This document shows positions 39,271 to 47,020 of a DNA stretch of 64,000 nt, piece by piece. The translations under genes were made by a program, and so were the position numbers. How positions within the stretch are numbered: the stretch's first letter is position 1; every line of letters starts with the position of its first letter. The notes beneath the pieces were generated by a model that was not told the origin of the DNA, made no database searches, and saw only the letters and a program-made list of their open reading frames with translations. Source of the stretch: an uncultured Acidobacteriota bacterium (GTDB taxonomy: Bacteria; Acidobacteriota; Thermoanaerobaculia; UBA5066; Gp7-AA6); the NCBI GenBank assembly GCA_963824165.1, contig CAWGOM010000008.1:67140-131139 (forward strand), read 5' to 3'.

Positions 39271-39279
39271 CGCGCTTGC

Positions 39280-39588
39280 CTAGTTCGCATGTTCACGCTC
39301 GCGCCGCGCCGCCACCGAAAACGTCCACGCCTGAAGGCCGAGCAATGGAGCGATCACGCCCAGGACCATCGCGACCATGACAAGCCGGTCACTCCAACTC
39401 CACTCAGCGCTAGCGAATATCGCATACACGATGACGAGCGCAACGACCGCCAAGCTCACGAGCAAGAAAGCGCCGATCACGAAGAGACTCCACCGATACG
39501 CAAGTGCCGCCATCAGGCCGCTGATTGCGGCGACGACGGCAGCCACACTAGACACACCCCGGGAATCCTCCATCCGCAATCGCGGCAA
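39280..39588 (-). CDS. hypothetical 3-TM membrane protein (cassette)
   Basis: 102-aa hydrophobic ORF. Confidence 0.5.
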   Translation of the reverse strand: MPRLRMEDSRGVSSVAAVVAAISGLMAALAYRWSLFVIGAFLLVSLAVVALVIVYAIFASAEWSWSDRLVMVAMVLGVIAPLLGLQAWTFSVAARREREHAN

Positions 39589-39666
39589 CCAAGTACAGCA
39601 CGCACACGGCCGAGGACACGAGGAGGATCCGCCGCGCGACAGGGTTCAGCATGCTCGGTCTACGCG

Positions 39667-39742
39667 GCCTAACGGGTGGCGGGTCAGCGGCGAGCTCCGA
39701 GCCGAAGGCGAGGAGCGAGTCCGCTGCACCCGCGGGTTAGGC
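39667..39742 (-). repeat. attC
   Basis: Canonical 76-bp family member. Confidence 0.9.
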
Positions 39743-39747
39743 CGCAC

Positions 39748-40746
39748 CTAGACCTCATGCTGCAAGGTCAAGACAATTCTCCCCGGACTCGATCCGCGCT
39801 CGACGGCCTCGTGCGCTGAAGAGATGTCGTCAAGTGGGACGCGCGCTTCGATGTCGAAACCAAGCCAGCCGTTCCGCAGCGTATTGTTCAAGGCAGAGGC
39901 GGCCTCAATCTTTGCCGCCGTGGGGAAGTCGTCGCTGCCCAGGAAGAACATCGCAACGTTCTTGAACACCAGAGGCCAGAACGGGATCGTCGGTGTTGGG
40001 TTTCCGGTCGCGTACGTCGCGATCGAGCCACCTTGCAACAGGATGTGCTCGTCAGTCGCAATGTTCGCGTGAAAGGCCACCTCGACAATATGGTCTACGC
40101 CTTCGGATGCGTGAGCGAGGATGCTTTCGGCCGCCGCTTGGGTCGAGAGGTCGCCGGTGACGATGACATGGTGTGCGCCAGCCCGTTCCGCGACTACCCT
40201 GTCCTGTTCGGAGCGAACCGTTGCGAGCACGGTGGCACCGGAATGCCGCGCCAGCGCGACAGCACACTGTCCGACAGCGCCAGCACCTCCCTGGACAAGA
40301 ACCGTTCGCCCATCGACCGGGCCGGCGACATGGACGGCTCGGTGGGCAGTGATGCCGGGAATACCCAGGCAGGCACCTTGCTCGAAGCTCACATTGACCG
40401 GCAGCGGCACGGCTCGATCGGCCGGTACGACAACAAACTCGGCGGCTGTCCCGAATGGCCGGTAACTCTGCGCTCCGAAGCACCACACCCGTTCGCCGAG
40501 TCGAGACACCGACACCACGTCGCCAACCTTGTCGATGACGCCAGCGCCGTCGCTGTGGGGGACGACCCGCGGATACGGCATGCCGACACCGAACATGCCC
40601 TGACGCTTCTTGACGTCGCCGGGGTTGATGCCGGAGACGGCGATGCGGATGCGAACCTCGTTCGGGCCCGGTTCAGGAGTAGGCATCGCGCCTACAAGGA
40701 GAACCTCGTTGGCGGCGCCCTGGCGTTCGTACCAAGCTGCTCTCAT
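39748..40746 (-). CDS. NADPH:quinone oxidoreductase / zinc-type alcohol dehydrogenase (MDR) family (cassette)
   Basis: Starts at the Met at 40746: MRAAWYERQGAANEVL...VSGINPGD...VLVQGGAGAVGQCAVALA. Confidence 0.8.
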   Translation of the reverse strand: MRAAWYERQGAANEVLLVGAMPTPEPGPNEVRIRIAVSGINPGDVKKRQGMFGVGMPYPRVVPHSDGAGVIDKVGDVVSVSRLGERVWCFGAQSYRPFGTAAEFVVVPADRAVPLPVNVSFEQGACLGIPGITAHRAVHVAGPVDGRTVLVQGGAGAVGQCAVALARHSGATVLATVRSEQDRVVAERAGAHHVIVTGDLSTQAAAESILAHASEGVDHIVEVAFHANIATDEHILLQGGSIATYATGNPTPTIPFWPLVFKNVAMFFLGSDDFPTAAKIEAASALNNTLRNGWLGFDIEARVPLDDISSAHEAVERGSSPGRIVLTLQHEV

Positions 40747-40779
40747 GGTGCCCTCCGTCGGTGTGGCGTTCTTGGTGCG

Positions 40780-40855
40780 GCCTAACGGGTGGCGGGTCAG
40801 CGGCGAGCGCCGTAGCGAAGCGTAGGCGCGAGTCCGCTGCACCCGCGGGTTAGGC
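40780..40855 (-). repeat. attC
   Basis: Canonical 76-bp family member. Coordinates were fixed from the ORF 39748..40890 translation. Confidence 0.9.
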
Positions 40856-41056
40856 GACGCTTGTTCGCCACAGCGCCACGCTGCGATCACCCGCTTTAGC
40901 TCTGCGCCACAGACTCGATTCTCCGGGTGCCACCACTGCCTCTAGCTCTGACGTCAGACACCCTGCAACCCACGACTCGCGACTATCGTTGCCGACCCGG
41001 CTGCGCCGCCACGCTGGAAAAGCCCCGGGCAGGAAGGAGCAACTCGGGGACCTCAT
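40850..41056 (-). CDS. hypothetical small ORF (cassette)
   Basis: 68 codons from the Met at 41056, ending on the TAA in the attC core. No similarity recognised. Confidence 0.3.
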   Translation of the reverse strand: MRSPSCSFLPGAFPAWRRSRVGNDSRESWVAGCLTSELEAVVAPGESSLWRRAKAGDRSVALWRTSVA

Positions 41057-41068
41057 TCCTCCCACGTC

Positions 41069-41184
41069 GCCTAACGGGTGGCGGGTCAGCTGCGGGCGCC
41101 CCGCAGCGATGAAACCCCTGACTCGCGACAACTTCCCTGCGCGGCAATCCCAGGGCGACCGTCAGCTGCACCCGCGGGTTAGGC
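41069..41184 (-). repeat. attC, long variant (116 bp)
   Basis: Canonical outer arms. The inner helix is changed to cagctg/cagctg on both arms, and the centre is enlarged and contains the near-palindrome gctgcgggcgccccgcagc. Confidence 0.85.
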
Positions 41185-41548
41185 GCCCCTTCCCTGTCGG
41201 GTTTACACGCCACGCGACACCTCGCTCGCACCAGGCCTCGACCACGGGATGCGCCGGCTGGCGCGCGCTACGGATTGTCCTCCCTCTCGCCACTCGCGCG
41301 CCAGAGCGGCGCGGATTACGACGGGGGGCGGGCCGACTGATGAGTCGTCTGATGCCAGCGCCGAATCCTCGAGCCACACTGCGCCCTGCTCCTGGAGCCG
41401 AGATAGTCGGCCCGCATCCCGCAGGCGGACGGCGCGCAGAACTTCTACCGATTACGCCAACCTCTCCCCTCCGGACACAATCGCGAGCCTCGCGATCGTC
41501 GACGCGACTATTCAGCCCGCGCGACGGCCGCCGTCTTGAGTCCGAAGC

Positions 41549-41625
41549 GCCTAACGGGTGGCGGGTCAGCGGCGAGCGCCGAGGCGAAGCGCGAGGAGCG
41601 AGTCCGCTGCACCCGCGGGTTAGGC
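41549..41625 (-). repeat. attC
   Basis: Canonical family member, 77 bp. Confidence 0.9.
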
Positions 41626-41820
41626 GGCGGCTTCATCGGGCCTCGTCTGGAACTGCGTCGAAGCGCGCAGACCAGCGATGTACAAGGCGCCAACGAATCG
41701 CCCGACGAAGATCGAAGCCGACGATCGCAACGCTGCGGATCGACTCCGCGTCCGACTGCTTCTCGCCAGACGATGCACGGATCGCGACCTCAGCAAGTAG
41801 CATCGCAACTGCTGCAACAC
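41620..41820 (-). CDS. hypothetical small ORF (cassette)
   Basis: 66-aa ORF ending on the TAA in the attC core. Upstream hydrophobic fragments lie in other frames. Confidence 0.3.
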   Translation of the reverse strand: MLQQLRCYLLRSRSVHRLARSSRTRSRSAALRSSASIFVGRFVGALYIAGLRASTQFQTRPDEAAA

Positions 41821-42013
41821 CGTCGGCCGTCAGCGGCGAGCCAGCATCGTCTGCCAGCCACGGCAGATCAGTTGCCCGTCTGCCACGCTACGCGCCCTGC
41901 AGAACGACCGACGGTCAGCCAGGCGATGCACCGCAGACAGTCGGCCCATGCTGCGACTGACGAACGAAGCGTCATGCGAACGAGTCTCATGCGTTCACCC
42001 TGCTCCAACCGCC

Positions 42014-42089
42014 GCCTAACGGGTGGCGGGTCAGCGGCGAGCTCCGAGCCGAAGGCGAGGAGCGAGTCCGCTGCACCCGCGGGTTAGGC
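42014..42089 (-). repeat. attC
   Basis: Canonical 76-bp family member. Confidence 0.9.
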
Positions 42090-42552
42090 GGCGCCACACT
42101 CATCGGACCTCATAGTTTGGGTAATTGTCAGAGTCACGCGAACCGGGCGCCCGTTCTGTCGGCCGGCTCGTACTTCCATCGCGATAGTGCCCGATGGGAC
42201 TCGTCTCCAGCTCTGGGCACGCTGCGAGACAAGCGGAGCCTCGAAGTACGGAGGTTCTCCACGTCACCTTTCACCGTAACTGTTGCCTCGAATACGAAAA
42301 GGCCTTCGACCCGTGACTTCCGGCAGCGCTCGGGGATCACGGCTCAACCCTAGCTTACAAGGCGCGGCGGGCTGACGTCGCCACCGATACCGACGACCCC
42401 GGGTGCGACTGTCGAGGCCGGGCTGGCAGAGGTCACAACTTCTTTGGTCCGACAGTGCTCGACCACTCCTGCCGACAGCCGCCGACAAACACTACGGCGA
42501 CGGCCCAGGTGATCGAGCGAGAGCTACCAGCGCCATGATGTGGATCAGCGCC

Positions 42553-42628
42553 GCCTAACGGGTGGCGGGTCAGCGGCGAGCTCCGAGCCGAAGGCGAGGA
42601 GCGAGTCCGCTGCACCCGCGGGTTAGGC
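42553..42628 (-). repeat. attC
   Basis: Canonical 76-bp family member. Confidence 0.9.
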
Positions 42629-42907
42629 GCCCTTTGATAGCTCACGCTGGAGCCGCTCGGCTAGAAACTGTTTCAGCAACGACTGATATGGGATGTCACG
42701 CTTGTTGGCCAGTACCTTGAGGTGACCGATCATCGACTCAGGCAACCTCAGAGAGATTGTGCGAAGGGTCGGACGCAGATTCGGGAAGGCTCGCCGCTGA
42801 GCACCGGTCCAGTCCACGAAGTCAGCCGAATCGTGTTCAGCCCAGAAGCTGCGCTCCTGCTCTTCAGATTCGAACTTTGGAATCTGCTTACGCTTTGCTT
42901 TGCTCAT
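42623..42907 (-). CDS. brnA: BrnA antitoxin (cassette)
   Basis: 94-aa ORF with ...FESEEQERSFWAEHDSADFVDW...ISLRLPESMIGHLKVLANKRDIPYQSLLK. The stop is the TAA in the attC core. Confidence 0.8.
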   Translation of the reverse strand: MSKAKRKQIPKFESEEQERSFWAEHDSADFVDWTGAQRRAFPNLRPTLRTISLRLPESMIGHLKVLANKRDIPYQSLLKQFLAERLQRELSKGA

Positions 42908-43196
42908 AGGTTTGTAGTTCCCTTCGGGTCATGTCGCGTACCGAGATCACTCGGATGAGAGACCTTCGAACGGTAAAGCTGATGAAGAGCCGGCGCCCGG
43001 AGTCCGCATGGCCGAGCGCGAAGTAGCGAGACTCGGAAGCAGAATGCTCGCGATCGGGCGAGACAACCAGTGGCTCGTTGAAGAAGACCTCCTCAGCCTC
43101 CCAAAACGGCACCCGGTGACGGTCCCAGTTCTTCTCGAGGTTGCCGTCATCCCAATCAAAGCCGGTACAGCCTGCCAGGGGGTCATCTGCCGCCAC
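42888..43196 (-). CDS. brnT: BrnT toxin (DUF497 ribonuclease) (cassette)
   Basis: 102-aa ORF with FDWDDGNLEKNWDRHRV...EAEEVFFN...RVISVRDMTRRE. It overlaps brnA. Confidence 0.8.
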   Translation of the reverse strand: MAADDPLAGCTGFDWDDGNLEKNWDRHRVPFWEAEEVFFNEPLVVSPDREHSASESRYFALGHADSGRRLFISFTVRRSLIRVISVRDMTRRELQTYEQSKA

Positions 43197-43243
43197 GCCG
43201 AGAGTATATGGCAGACATATACGCGGCGCAAGACCCTCAGGGC

Positions 43244-43319
43244 GCCTAACGGGTGGCGGGTCAGCGGCGAGCGCCGTAGCGAAGCGTAGGCGCGAGTCCG
43301 CTGCACCCGCGGGTTAGGC
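43244..43319 (-). repeat. attC
   Basis: Canonical 76-bp family member. Confidence 0.9.
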
Positions 43320-43744
43320 GGCGCCATCTTGATTCCCTGGCAGCCGCGTCCAGCACGCTCTGCTGAGATGTCTGGCCGGTCATCGTTCTGGTACACCGTG
43401 CTTCAAGCAGATCCGAAGACGCTGATCTCGAGCTGCTTCAATCTCGATCCAGCCAATGACCAGCGGCCCGTGCTCGATCAGCAGCTCCGTGAGTGCGTCG
43501 AGACTCGAACCGCCAATTCGCTGTCGGTCGGCGCCCGCTCTACGAGGACGCAGGATCGAACGCCAGGCCTCTTCCGGCTCGAGCTGGCACGAACTCGATA
43601 GGCCGTTCCAGGACCAGAACGTACCGGCATGCGTCGAGCCAGCGCCGCCACGAATGCGTCGCGATCGCGAAACCGTCGGCGATCAGTAACCGTCAGGTAC
43701 TTCCGCTCGCGAGTGGTCACGCCAACCTCAGCCACCTGCGCGCC

Positions 43745-43820
43745 GCCTAACGGGTGGCGGGTCAGCGGCGAGCTCCGAGCCGAAGGCGAGGAGCGAGTCC
43801 GCTGCACCCGCGGGTTAGGC
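43745..43820 (-). repeat. attC
   Basis: Canonical 76-bp family member. Confidence 0.9.
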
Positions 43821-44248
43821 GGCCTCGACGGGAGTCTCCAGTCGAGGCTTGCCAAAGTGCGTTCGTAAATCGGCAAAGTAAACAATGCCCAGGATCAGGC
43901 CTGCAGCGAGTGTGGAGAGCAGCGCCGCAGCTCCTGGCGGGCCGGGATACGACACGAGCGGCCTTCGAAGAGGGTGCCCACGACTCCCAGTAACCAGCCA
44001 GCCGTGTAAATGGCTCGAGCCCTCGCACCACTGCCGCCAGAGCCCAATCCAGCCGACGATAAGGACAAGCGAAACTACCGCCCTCCCACCAGAAAGCGAC
44101 GCCCTCCTGCCTGCTCTTCTGTTGCTCTACGAAACTCCGAAATTCTGGAGGAAGCGAACCTCTCGACAGCAATGACGCCACCACCCAGATAAGACCAAAC
44201 GTGATCTCGCTCGAGAATCAGGATCCTGAGCACGCGATGAAGTTTCAT
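43815..44248 (-). pseudogene. hypothetical membrane protein, frame-disrupted (cassette)
   Basis: Starts MKLHRVLRILILE at 44248. The C-terminal TM segment AALLSTLAAGLILGIVYFADL... is in another frame and ends on the TAA in the attC core. Confidence 0.4.
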
Positions 44249-44260
44249 TCGTCTTAGGCC

Positions 44261-44336
44261 GCCTAACGGGTGGCGGGTCAGCGGCGAGCGCCGAGGCGAA
44301 GCCGAGGCGCGAGTCCGCTGCACCCGCGGGTTAGGC
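44261..44336 (-). repeat. attC (first, closest to attI)
   Basis: Canonical 76-bp family member. Confidence 0.9.
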
Positions 44337-44346
44337 GGCGGCACGA

Positions 44347-44580
44347 TCAGAGCCCTCCGAGAAGCCGAGTCATGACGAGGATTACCAGACACCCGACAAT
44401 GATGAACGAACCCAAGAACGAGCCGCGGAGGAAACTCCTGTCGGGATGCCGGATTCCAAGCCAGATTCCACCAACAACGACAACCAGCCAGACTAGCAAC
44501 ACGGAGTAGGCCGCGACTGGGGTGACAAGAAGCTCAAGCAATGTGCCTGGTGCTTCTTCGGCTGCGAATGCAGGCGGCAA
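44347..44580 (-). CDS. hypothetical small membrane protein (first cassette)
   Basis: 77-aa ORF with 2 TM segments. A signal-like N-terminus (V)KRSLLATSGFLVTLAVGVCVPVIAS starts at GTG 44657 in another frame, so a frameshift is possible. Confidence 0.45.
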   Translation of the reverse strand: MPPAFAAEEAPGTLLELLVTPVAAYSVLLVWLVVVVGGIWLGIRHPDRSFLRGSFLGSFIIVGCLVILVMTRLLGGL

Positions 44581-44687
44581 GAAGCGATCACAGGGACACA
44601 GACGCCGACAGCGAGAGTGACGAGGAAGCCGCTGGTCGCGAGGAGGCTCCTTTTCACTGCTATTGCGGCCACGGTCTAGTTCCGTCC

Positions 44688-44768
44688 GCCTAACGCTCGC
44701 ATAGGCTGTAACTTCGACTTCCTAAGCGTTCCTGTCAATCGCTGCATCGTCCACCGCCCCTCGTCTCT
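44688..44768 (-). other. candidate attI site
   Basis: A single core GTTAGGC on the minus strand (plus-strand gcctaac, 44688-44694) with no partner arm. It is preceded by GTTACAG and CTTAGGA core-like boxes and lies between the intI stop and the first cassette. Confidence 0.65.
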
Positions 44769-45968
44769 CTATTCATCTACGTCCTCGGATTCCGAATCAT
44801 CGGGAAGTTCCTCACCGGTCAGAAGTAAACGCTCCGGGGGCACGAGCGACGTCAGGTAGTTAGGCTGCGAAGAAAGCTGTCTAGTGTCAGGACCGCCGGC
44901 GACGCCGGCCCACAGGATGTCGGCAGGGCTGCGGACGCCGCGTCCACCACGGTTCAAAACGTGGGTGTAGATCATGGTCGTCTTCACGTCTCTGTGGCCG
45001 AGGAGCTCCTGGATCGTGCGGATATCGTACCCCTCTTCGAGCAGGTGGGTGGCGAAGGAGTGGCGGAAGGTGTGGCAGCTGATCCGCCTGGAGATGCCGA
45101 CGTCGAGGACGGCGCGACGAAGGGCGCGCTGGATGACGGTCTCGTGCAAGTGGTGGCGGCGCTCGGGTTGGAGGTCGCCGGGCGCGGTGGGGTTTCGGAC
45201 GGGCGGTGCGGCGCCAGGCTGGCCGGGGCGCCTCTCTCCCCCGCGGGGGTCGTGGCTGCGGTGTTCGCCGGGGAAGACGTACTGCCAGCCCCACTCGCGG
45301 TCGGAGCCGGGGAACTTCCTCGCGATGGCGTCGGGCAGGTAGACGGTCCCGAATCCGTCGGCGAGGTCCTTCTCGTGGATGCGCTTGACGCGGGAGAGCC
45401 AGGTGGGCATCTCGGCGCGGGCGACGAGGGGGAAGGGGACGACGCGGTCTTCGCCGCCCTTGGTGTCGCGGACGACGATGCGGTTGTTGCCGAACTCGAG
45501 GTCCTTGACGCGCAGGCGCAGGCATTCGAGGAGTCGCATTCCCGTGCCGTAGAGAAGTGTCGACACGAGGCGGGGCGTCCCGTTCATGCGGCCGAGGATG
45601 CGGCGGACTTCCGCGCGGGTGAGCACGCTCGGGAGGCGGCCGGGGCGCTTGGCGCGGATGACGGTGTCGAGGTCGGGCAGGGGTTTCTGGAGGACGTGGC
45701 GGTAGAGGAACATCAGGGCCGAGAGGGCCTGGGTCTGGGTCGACGCGCTGACGGGACCTTCGACGGCGAGATGCGTGACGAAGGCATTGATCTCGGGCTC
45801 GGCCATCTCGAGGGGATGGCGTTTGTTGTGAAACAGGATGTAGCGGCGGATCCAGCCGACGTAGGCCTCCTCGGTGCGCAGGCTGTAGTGGCGGGCGCGG
45901 ATGGCCTGGCGCACGCGGTCGAGCAGGCGCGGCTGGCCGGGAGGGGGAACGACGGTGGAGGACGCCAC
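44769..45968 (-). CDS. intI: integron integrase IntI
   Basis: 399-aa ORF with [38 protein letters not shown], the IntI-specific segment [43 protein letters not shown] and [14 protein letters not shown]. Confidence 0.92.
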   Translation of the reverse strand: MASSTVVPPPGQPRLLDRVRQAIRARHYSLRTEEAYVGWIRRYILFHNKRHPLEMAEPEINAFVTHLAVEGPVSASTQTQALSALMFLYRHVLQKPLPDLDTVIRAKRPGRLPSVLTRAEVRRILGRMNGTPRLVSTLLYGTGMRLLECLRLRVKDLEFGNNRIVVRDTKGGEDRVVPFPLVARAEMPTWLSRVKRIHEKDLADGFGTVYLPDAIARKFPGSDREWGWQYVFPGEHRSHDPRGGERRPGQPGAAPPVRNPTAPGDLQPERRHHLHETVIQRALRRAVLDVGISRRISCHTFRHSFATHLLEEGYDIRTIQELLGHRDVKTTMIYTHVLNRGGRGVRSPADILWAGVAGGPDTRQLSSQPNYLTSLVPPERLLLTGEELPDDSESEDVDE

Positions 45969-45971
45969 TGT

Positions 45972-46265
45972 CTAATGCCGCCGAGACGAGCGCTGGGGCC
46001 GCCGACTGTCATGCATGAGGGCGAGCACACGAATCGCTCCCGTCCTCACCGAGAAGAGAATGCTGTACGGAAACTGGCGAAGCCGTCTTCGGCGAAGGCG
46101 GCCGCGCACGATCGGAGCCGACTCCGGGTACTCCGAGATGCGATCGAGGGCAGCTGCGACGTCGCGGAGGAAACGGCTTCCGAGGTCGATCCGTCGCGTC
46201 TCGTAGAAGTGAAAAGCCTCGGCGACGTCCTCGACGGCCTGGCGGAGAAATGCGATCCGGTCTAA
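45972..46265 (-). CDS. ParE/RelE-family toxin; start uncertain
   Basis: C-terminal part of ORF 45972..46532: [20 protein letters not shown]...[29 protein letters not shown]. Its stop is 3 nt before the intI start. Confidence 0.7.
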   Translation of the reverse strand, partial: LDRIAFLRQAVEDVAEAFHFYETRRIDLGSRFLRDVAAALDRISEYPESAPIVRGRLRRRRLRQFPYSILFSVRTGAIRVLALMHDSRRPQRSSRRH

Positions 46266-46510
46266 CCGGTGCGGGTTTTCCTCGCCGTCCCGGACTTCAG
46301 ACGCCGGAGCACCTCGCGGGCTGGAACCGTATGCGCGCCGCCCTCGTCCAACTCTCGCTCCCGACGCTCGGCTTCGTCGAACCACAGGCGCTCGATGGTC
46401 GTTTCGCCCTCGAGAGGGAGGCTTTCCAGGAGCGTTCGGGCGAGGGCGGCTCGGGCCCGCGCTCCGAGCTTCAATGCTTCGGCTTCGATCTCTCCGAGTT
46501 TCCGAGGCAT
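46262..46510 (-). CDS. addiction-module antitoxin component
   Basis: 82-aa ORF containing EIEAEALKL...RAALARTLLESL...WFDEAERRERELDEG. Confidence 0.65.
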   Translation of the reverse strand: MPRKLGEIEAEALKLGARARAALARTLLESLPLEGETTIERLWFDEAERRERELDEGGAHTVPAREVLRRLKSGTARKTRTG

Positions 46511-46591
46511 GCAGGTGCCCTCCAGCGCTCATTCAGTCTACGCCGCCTTTCGTCTACTTACTGATTGTCGCGAGAGCGCGACGGGCGGCGG

Positions 46592-47020
46592 CTAGGCGAA
46601 GGGATTCCGGACGGTCACGCCCTCGTAGGTCTGGCCATGATTGAGGTCCTCGGTCCAGAGGATCCGGCAGCCGAGCGAGCGGGCGCTCTGGAGGATCATG
46701 GCGTCCCAGAACGAGATGTGGAGGCGCTCCCGGAGGTCGATGGCGGAGAGGACGTCGCTCGGCCAGGGGCGGTGGACGCGCCAGCGCGAGAGGTACGCGA
46801 TCTCGCGCCTGGCCTCGGGGGGCGAAAGGGGCTTCGAGATCTTCGCCGTGACGGAAACGAAGAACTCCTGGAGAACCTGGATGCTCAGGCAGCCGCTGCC
46901 CTTCTGCCAGAGATCGACGACGTGTCTTCGAGCCAGCGCGCTCTTGTCACCTGCGGCGTGGTCGAATGCGTAGACGAGGACGTTGCTGTCGAGAAACTGC
47001 GGCGGCTCAGCGGCGCTCAT
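46592..47020 (-). CDS. vapC: PIN-domain toxin VapC
   Basis: 142-aa ORF with FLDSNVLVYAFD ... FWDAMILQSA, the PIN acidic residues. Confidence 0.8.
   Translation of the reverse strand: MSAAEPPQFLDSNVLVYAFDHAAGDKSALARRHVVDLWQKGSGCLSIQVLQEFFVSVTAKISKPLSPPEARREIAYLSRWRVHRPWPSDVLSAIDLRERLHISFWDAMILQSARSLGCRILWTEDLNHGQTYEGVTVRNPFA

Larger units (their letters stand above)
22136..45968 (-). mobile_element. chromosomal integron (intI + attI + about 29-cassette array), inverted intI orientation
   Basis: IntI-type tyrosine recombinase and about 29 imperfect-palindrome repeats with RYYYAAC/GTTRRRY ends, each separating 0.2-2.4 kb units of mostly single minus-strand ORFs. Confidence 0.9.

Noticed and set aside
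22136-44336. The regularly recurring 76-bp repeats could be mistaken for a CRISPR array
   Set aside because: The spacing is 0.2-2.4 kb and the intervals hold whole genes. The repeats are imperfect palindromes with RYYYAAC/GTTRRRY ends and variable centres, and no cas genes are present. This is an attC array, not a CRISPR array.
22126-44392. Many track ORFs contain [26 protein letters not shown] or, on the plus strand, [19 protein letters not shown] peptides, which look like a conserved protein family
   Set aside because: These are translations of the attC repeat in different frames. The apparent conservation is at the DNA level. Real cassette genes start after the repeat or end within it.
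46258-46264. Isolated GTCTAAC motifs at 46258 and 47367 upstream of intI could be attC or attI cores
   Set aside because: There is no partner GTTRRRY arm and no family arm sequence nearby. Both motifs coincide with ordinary stop-codon contexts.
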